Source: Candidatus Delongbacteria bacterium (lineage in GTDB: Bacteria; UBA4055). From it: a stretch of 32,180 nucleotides of DNA. Below the pieces are notes generated by a model that saw only the letters and a list, made by a program, of their open reading frames with translations, was not told where the DNA came from and made no database searches. The DNA lies in the NCBI GenBank assembly GCA_016937995.1, contig JAFGVM010000007.1, positions 1-32,180 of the forward strand. Reading direction: 5' to 3'. Both the position numbers and the translations under genes were made by a program. Below, in pieces: positions 26,699-32,180 of the stretch; positions within the stretch are counted from its first letter, which is position 1; every line of letters begins with the position of its first letter.

Positions 26699-27918
26699 TG
26701 ATGAGATCGATATTTGCAAACATATTGAGGGTTTTGGCAGCACTTTTGATCATGGTAAGTTTTTTATCCTGTTCTAAAGTAAGTAATGACGGTGATCTTA
26801 TTACTTCAGTAAAAACAGGTCATTTCATTGTGAGTATCACTGAAACCGGTGAGATCAGAGCTAAAAACTCGGTTGTAGTTACCACACCCAATACATTAAG
26901 ATCAACAGCCAAAATACTTGAAATAATACCGGAAGGCTCTATCGTTAAAAAAGGTGACTTTCTTTTACAATTTGATGCCGAGAATGTACTGCAGGAAATT
27001 GAATCAATACAGACTGAACTTGATGGATTAAATTCCGACCTAGAAAAATCAGATGCCAACCACCAGTTTCTTATATTACAGGCTGAAATAGATCTTGAGA
27101 ATGCTGAAACAAGCTATAAATTAGCACAAATGAGATTAAAACAGATAGAGTTTGAATCCCAATCCAGACAGGAGGAGGAGAAGTTATCATTCAAAATATC
27201 TGAAAATAATTATACCGAGATCAAAGAAAGATTAAAACTGCAAAAAATAACAAATGCATCTGAAAGGTCTGCTTTGATGTCAAAATTTAAACGTGTGAAA
27301 CTTAAACTGGAACAGAAGCAGAAGGAGTTGGATAATCTTAGGATCACAGCTCCTGAAAATGGTCTTGTTGTATATTCTAAAGTTTGGAAAGGTTCCAGAT
27401 GGGGCAAACTTCAAGTCGGAGATACTCCATGGAGAGGTCAGGCTTTAATAGAATTACCGGATCTGTCTGAAATGGAGATAGAGACAAGTGTGAACGAGGT
27501 CGATATTTCAAAAATAAATTTAGGGATGAAGGTAAATATCCAGCTTGATGCATACCGTGAAAAGACTTATTCAGGTGAAATATCAGATATCGCCCGTCTT
27601 GCAAGAACTTCTGACCTTGATGAGGATATTAAGATATTCGATGTCACTATCAAAGTTATCGGAGCAGATGATAAAATGAAACCCGGAATGACATCAAAAT
27701 GCGATATCATCATAAAAGAATATGAGAATGTTGATTATTTACCTGTGGAAGCTCTTTTTACCGAAGATTCTTTGAGTTTTGTATATGTGAAAGATAAGAT
27801 CGGATATCATAAAGAGTATCTTGATATCATAGATAAAAATGATATAAACGTAGCTATAAAAAGCGGATTGAAAAATGAGGATATTTTTCTATACAATCCG
27901 GAAAATGGAAAAGAATAA
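26698..27918 (+). CDS. Efflux periplasmic adaptor (HlyD/MacA-like membrane fusion protein)
   Basis: ETGEIRA, IIPEGSIVKKGDFL, long coiled coil, ITAPENGLVVY, VNEVDISKINLGMKV, MKPGMT. Confidence 0.92.
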   Translation: MMRSIFANILRVLAALLIMVSFLSCSKVSNDGDLITSVKTGHFIVSITETGEIRAKNSVVVTTPNTLRSTAKILEIIPEGSIVKKGDFLLQFDAENVLQEIESIQTELDGLNSDLEKSDANHQFLILQAEIDLENAETSYKLAQMRLKQIEFESQSRQEEEKLSFKISENNYTEIKERLKLQKITNASERSALMSKFKRVKLKLEQKQKELDNLRITAPENGLVVYSKVWKGSRWGKLQVGDTPWRGQALIELPDLSEMEIETSVNEVDISKINLGMKVNIQLDAYREKTYSGEISDIARLARTSDLDEDIKIFDVTIKVIGADDKMKPGMTSKCDIIIKEYENVDYLPVEALFTEDSLSFVYVKDKIGYHKEYLDIIDKNDINVAIKSGLKNEDIFLYNPENGKE

Positions 27919-27921
27919 TTT

Positions 27922-28296
27922 ATGATATTTGGAATCGGCACAGATATAATCCAGATCCACAGAGTTCAAAAAAGTATTGAAACAATACCCGGTTTTACTG
28001 AAAAGATATTTTCTGCGACTGAGATAGAATATTGTCAGACCAAGAAAAACAAATATGAACATTTTGCAGCGCGTTTCGCTGCAAAAGAGGCTTTTTTTAA
28101 AGCAATTGGTACCGGATGGAGAGGCGGTTTGGCGTTTTCTGAGATCGAGATTAACAATGATGATCTCGGGAAACCGTTCATTAAACTTTACGGCAGATCA
28201 AAGATTTTTGCAGAAGAGAACAAATTTGAACGTATTCATTTGTCTATGACACATATACAAGAACTCGCTCAGGCATTCGTAATAATTGAGATATGA
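27922..28296 (+). CDS. acpS: Holo-[acyl-carrier-protein] synthase
   Basis: GIGTDII, FAARFAAKEAFFKAIGTG, GKP, LSMTH. Confidence 0.97.
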   Translation: MIFGIGTDIIQIHRVQKSIETIPGFTEKIFSATEIEYCQTKKNKYEHFAARFAAKEAFFKAIGTGWRGGLAFSEIEINNDDLGKPFIKLYGRSKIFAEENKFERIHLSMTHIQELAQAFVIIEI

Positions 28297-28417
28297 TCTG
28301 TTCCCGAATTTATTTTTAACTAAATAACTCCTTTTTTACTCTTTCTATTTTGACAATATCTTTTTATATTCACTAGCCCGTAATTATCTATGAAACTAAA
28401 ACTTCCGAGGGGATCCA

Positions 28418-29528
28418 ATGCTCGATAATATTAAATCTTTACTGCCTGAAACTCTATCCAGATTTGATAATATCAGGAGGCATCTTTGATATTGAACAAT
28501 ACGAAGAAGCTATTTTAAAACTGGAACAAAAAACCCTGGAAGAAGGATTTTATTCAGACCGTGAAGGAACAGAAAAGGTTTTCAGCGAGATCACACAAAA
28601 AAAATACTGGGTGAACAGCATTAAAAATGCGTCACAGCTTAAAGATGATATAGAAGCTTTTTTTGAAATGCTTCAGGATGAAGAGGAAGGATCACATTCA
28701 GAAATAATTGAAGAGTTAAGTGAGAATTTTGAAAATTTCTTAAAACTTGTTGATGACATGGAATTAAAGGGAATGCTTTCCAATCCCGAAGATACTAAAA
28801 ATGTTATTTTCACTATTCATTCCGGTTCCGGAGGAACAGAAGCACAGGACTGGGCTAACATGATCCTGAGGATGTATACAAGATATTTTGATGCCAATGG
28901 TTTTAAATACAGTGAAATAGAATTTTTACCGGGTGATCTTATCGGGGTTAAAACAGTGACTCTGGAAGTTACAGGTGAATATGCCTATGGATTCTTAAAA
29001 TCAGAGACAGGTGTCCACAGGCTGATAAGAATATCTCCTTTCGATTCAGCACACAAAAGACATACTTCGTTCGCATCTGTATATGTTATGCCCGAAGTTG
29101 ATGATATCGAGATAGTTATTGATCAGAAAGACCTGAGAATAGATACTTACAGGGCATCAGGAGCCGGAGGGCAGCATGTTAATAAAACAGATTCTGCAGT
29201 CCGCATTACCCACGTACCATCAGGTTTGGTTGCCCAGTCTCAATCCCAAAGATCTCAGATGTTGAATAAAGAAGCAGCTATGAAAATGCTTAAAGCAAGA
29301 CTATATCAGGAAAAACTGGAAGAGGAAAAAGCAAAACTATCAGAGATAGAGGATAATAAAAAAGAAATATCCTGGGGCAGTCAGATAAGAACTTATACAT
29401 TTCATCCTTACAACCTTGTAAAAGATCACAGGACCAACCTTGAAGTGGGAAATGTTCAGGCGGTCATGGATGGTGATCTTGATAAATTTATAAAAACGTA
29501 TTTACTTAAATTCGGCTCGTTCGGATAA
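28418..29528 (+). CDS. prfB: Peptide chain release factor 2, via programmed +1 frameshift (join 28418..28486, 28488..29528; 369 aa)
   Basis: GAGGGG RBS, ATG 28418, 23 codons ending AGG AGG CAT CTT TGA; +1 frame has GGTEAQDW, RISPFD (SPF) and GAGGQHVNKTDSAVR. Confidence 0.97.
28475..28490 (+). promoter_or_regulatory. prfB autoregulatory +1 frameshift cassette
   Basis: Internal SD AGGAGG (28475-28480), 3 nt spacer, CTT TGA T. Confidence 0.95.
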
Positions 29529-29558
29529 AATTAAAATTTTAAAACAAAAGGAAAAAAA

Positions 29559-30032
29559 ATGATCAACGAACAATTCACAGGAATAATTACTTCTGTATCT
29601 GCAGGACTTAAAACAAAAAAACTGGAAGATGGTTCTAAGGTAAAGATCGGTGTTTACAAAGTAAAATTAGCTTCAAATGATATTGATTATGAGTCTATGG
29701 CCAAATTTAATGCTTCAATAAGCTCTACACTGCTCAATATTCAACCCGCACCTTTCCAATCGGTAAATTTTGGTGATCAGAGCGTTTATAATATGAATCT
29801 GCATCTTTCCGGTGAAACAGAAGAGGATGAATTTAACAGGACTGTAGCTGAAGAGATCGCTGATGAAGGTGATGCTTCTTTTGGTCATGTAATGATCAAA
29901 AACCTAACAGTAACTATGAAAGAAAATATACCGACATATATCTTCAGTCTTGAAATACCTATGGTCTCAGAAGCAAAGTTCTTGTTTACTCATTTGAGGA
30001 CCAACATACGTTTTGAGTTTTCAAAGGAATAA
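29559..30032 (+). CDS. Hypothetical cytoplasmic protein (157 aa)
   Basis: AAGGA RBS, ATG, fills the gap between prfB and amrS; no recognised family. Confidence 0.8.
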   Translation: MINEQFTGIITSVSAGLKTKKLEDGSKVKIGVYKVKLASNDIDYESMAKFNASISSTLLNIQPAPFQSVNFGDQSVYNMNLHLSGETEEDEFNRTVAEEIADEGDASFGHVMIKNLTVTMKENIPTYIFSLEIPMVSEAKFLFTHLRTNIRFEFSKE

Positions 30033-30034
30033 AA

Positions 30035-30898
30035 TTGAAATTTTTCATAGAAAAAGAAAATAAAACTATCCAGTGTTCATTATGTGAACACAGATGTGTA
30101 TTAGCTGAAAATGCTACCGGTCGATGCAGGGTCAATAAGAATATTGACGGAAATCTGGAATGTCTTGTTTATGGTAAACCTGTTGCTGTTCATATCGACC
30201 CTATCGAAAAAAAGCCTTTATTTCATTTTGAAAAGGGCTCAAGAACCTATTCATTAGGCACCTACGGATGCAATTTTAAATGCCAGTGGTGTCAAAATTT
30301 TCAGATCAGTCAGTCAGAAGCTATTAATCTGGACGACCTTTTAATTTACACCCCTGAAGAGATCGTACATAATGCCTTAACCAATAATTGTAGCTCAATT
30401 TCATATACTTACAATGAACCTACAATTTTTTATCCCTATGCAAGAGATATTGGTGTATTGGCAAAAGAAAGGGGATTGAATAATATCTTCGTAAGTAACG
30501 GGTTCCAGACAGAAGAAGTCATTAAAGACATGATAACCTGGGTGGATGCCTGCAATATCGATCTGAAATGTTTTAATGTAAAACAGTGCAAGATATTTAC
30601 CGGTGGTGATCTTGATGTGGTCCTGAGAAATTTAAAACTCCTTGCAAAATCTGATATCCACCTTGAAATTACAACTCTGGTAATACCCGACTTCAATGAT
30701 TCTGAGGATGAGTTAAAACAAATCGCTGATTTCATAGTAAAATTCTTGGGTACCGATGTTCCATGGCATGTTTCAGCCTTCCATCCTGACTACAAGATGA
30801 CCGATAAAACAAGAACATCGAAAGATACGATTTTCCGTGCGATGGAGATAGGTTTAAAATGCGGTTTAAAATATGTTTATCCGGGTAATATTTGGTAG
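30035..30898 (+). CDS. amrS: AmmeMemoRadiSam system radical SAM enzyme (short form)
   Basis: CSLCEHRC...GRCRV, DPIEKKPLFHF, GCNFKCQWCQN (CxxxCxxC), YTYNEPT, SNG, NIDLK, PWHVSAFHP, YVYPGN. Confidence 0.93.
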   Translation: MKFFIEKENKTIQCSLCEHRCVLAENATGRCRVNKNIDGNLECLVYGKPVAVHIDPIEKKPLFHFEKGSRTYSLGTYGCNFKCQWCQNFQISQSEAINLDDLLIYTPEEIVHNALTNNCSSISYTYNEPTIFYPYARDIGVLAKERGLNNIFVSNGFQTEEVIKDMITWVDACNIDLKCFNVKQCKIFTGGDLDVVLRNLKLLAKSDIHLEITTLVIPDFNDSEDELKQIADFIVKFLGTDVPWHVSAFHPDYKMTDKTRTSKDTIFRAMEIGLKCGLKYVYPGNIW

Positions 30899-30901
30899 TA
30901 T

Positions 30902-31885
30902 ATGAAATTGAACTTTAACAAACGAAATATCCTGATCCTGAAACTGATAATATCTGTTACGATAATAATTGTGATCTTTTATGATATTGATCCGGACAAA
31001 TTGAAGTTCATTTTCAATAATGCGAATAAAAATTTTATCTTTCTGGCTTTATTATTACTCCCTGTTAATATTTTTCTTCAATTCATAAAGTGGAAATATT
31101 TGATCGGAAAAGTATCTGAATCCAAAACTTCATCAAAATTAATTTTAACTTCTGTGTTTCTCGGTATAAGTTTCGGTTTTATTACTCCTGGAAAAGTTGG
31201 AGAACTTGGAAAACTATTCATCATTAGAAATGTGGATAAACTTAAACTTCTCAGTATGAGCATTCTTGAGAAGATATATGATGTTCTTCCTGTTGTGGTC
31301 TTTGGTGTCATTTCAATTCCATTTCTTCCACATCTATTTTTCACCGATTCATCTTTAATGCAGTTCAATCTTTTGATCGTTACTATGGTCTTTGCTGTTA
31401 TTTTGATTTTTATTTTACTGCATCCGGGTTTGATAAAATTAATTGTAGCATACATTAAAAATAATTTCTTCAAAACAAGTTCAAGATTTGAAAAATTTAA
31501 TGAAGGAATTCAAAATTTCAGTAAAACGAATGCTAGAACACTTTCTATATTTTCACTTGTTTTATTTCTGATTTATACAACACAGTTTGTTCTATTGATA
31601 TTTGCTTTCGGTGACATAGATATTCATTTAGCTTATATCGGTGTCTGGTCGGCTATGCTGATCAAAACATTTTTGCCTATCAGCCTTGGTGATATTGGAG
31701 TAAGAGAAGGTACTGCTGCATATATTTTCGGTTTGCTGAACTTTTCTAAAGAAGCTGCTGTTTCTGCCGGTTTTATGTTGTTCGTTATCAATATTTTGAT
31801 TCCTGCAGCAGTAGGAGTATTTTTAATCCCTTTCGCAAGATTTGTAAAGGGCTATTTGAAGAACGGGAAGGACAAAACTCTTTAA
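30902..31885 (+). CDS. UPF0104 / LPG_synthase_TM flippase-like membrane protein
   Basis: KWKYL, ITPGKVGELGK, LEKIYD, PISLGDIGVREG; about 8 TMs. Confidence 0.9.
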   Translation: MKLNFNKRNILILKLIISVTIIIVIFYDIDPDKLKFIFNNANKNFIFLALLLLPVNIFLQFIKWKYLIGKVSESKTSSKLILTSVFLGISFGFITPGKVGELGKLFIIRNVDKLKLLSMSILEKIYDVLPVVVFGVISIPFLPHLFFTDSSLMQFNLLIVTMVFAVILIFILLHPGLIKLIVAYIKNNFFKTSSRFEKFNEGIQNFSKTNARTLSIFSLVLFLIYTTQFVLLIFAFGDIDIHLAYIGVWSAMLIKTFLPISLGDIGVREGTAAYIFGLLNFSKEAAVSAGFMLFVINILIPAAVGVFLIPFARFVKGYLKNGKDKTL

Positions 31886-31985
31886 CATCATCAAAAAGAA
31901 TTCTCATACTAGATATTATTCCACTTGCAAAATTATAAGTAGTTGAATATATTAATATTTTTAGTAAATAATCTATTGTGATAAT

Positions 31986-32120
31986 ATGATCAACGAAGCG
32001 AAAGAAAAATATCTTAAAAAGTTGAATCTGAATAATTACAGCAATAAATACGCATATAACAAAAAAGGTATGGACAAAATAAAAAGTCCGCTTGACAATA
32101 TAAAATTCGATGAAGAATAG
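31986..32120 (+). CDS. Possible 44-aa small ORF
   Basis: MINEAKEKYLKKLNLNNYSNKYAYNKKGMDKIKSPLDNIKFDEE*; natural-looking composition, no clear RBS. Confidence 0.3.
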   Translation: MINEAKEKYLKKLNLNNYSNKYAYNKKGMDKIKSPLDNIKFDEE

Positions 32121-32180
32121 CAAAACATACGCATATACCACCATTTTGGACGGCTATCCGCAATTAGAGACTATTTCTAA
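32110..32180 (+). CDS. Possible start of a gene running off the window
   Basis: ATG 32110, open to the edge: MKNSKTYAYTTILDGYPQLETIS. Confidence 0.3.
   Translation, partial: MKNSKTYAYTTILDGYPQLETIS

Noticed and set aside
28350-28380. TTGACA promoter upstream of prfB
   Set aside because: No acceptable -10 hexamer at 16-18 bp spacing.
28464-28487. TTG start of prfB from the ORF track, or a prfB pseudogene
   Set aside because: Explained by the programmed +1 frameshift from ATG 28418.
181-31473. Short nested or antisense ORFs in the track (e.g. 181, 3327, 5447, 7875, 10577, 15375, 18372, 21541, 30436, 31078)
   Set aside because: All lie on or opposite well-supported genes and lack recognisable motifs.
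31788-32144. 118-aa minus-strand ORF
   Set aside because: Overlaps the flippase 3' end by 98 bp; F/I/Y-rich composition is what the antisense of A-rich DNA gives; no motif.
32040-32180. CRISPR array or IS end
   Set aside because: Only two short imperfect copies; no cas gene, transposase or terminal inverted repeat visible.

Overview
AT-rich bacterial DNA, probably from an FCB-superphylum lineage outside Bacteroidota sensu stricto. This is inferred from a T9SS-type C-terminal domain occurring alongside Shine-Dalgarno sites and TTGACA promoters. There are three blocks. (1) 1-4619, minus strand: hypothetical protein, T9SS-sorted S8 protease, an acidic 711-aa lipoprotein and a truncated outer-membrane-barrel-like gene. 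(2) 4766-24258: a ~19.5 kb glycosylation locus built around one type IV pilin gene with its own promoter and terminator. It holds four GT-C-like polytopic glycosyltransferases (three are clear paralogues), four GT2s (three resemble polyprenol-phosphate sugar synthases), GtrA and UPF0104 flippase-like genes, an SGNH protein, two UDP-HexNAc 2-epimerases, an ArnA/UXS-like SDR and two SAM methyltransferases. No wzx/wzy/wzz/waaL or initiating transferase was recognised. (3) 24416-32180: housekeeping-like run of a secreted protein, TPR lipoprotein, orphan periplasmic adaptor, acpS, prfB with a programmed +1 frameshift, a hypothetical, amrS and a second UPF0104 gene. The best candidate for a new system is a multi-GT-C, lipid-linked-monosaccharide protein/pilin O-glycosylation pathway. 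Bacteroidota-type D-(S/T)-(A/I/L/V/M/T) sequons occur at the pilin C-terminus (2) and are strongly enriched in the 711-aa lipoprotein (15). No rRNA, tRNA, CRISPR array or mobile element was seen. All calls come from reading motifs by eye; no searches were run.
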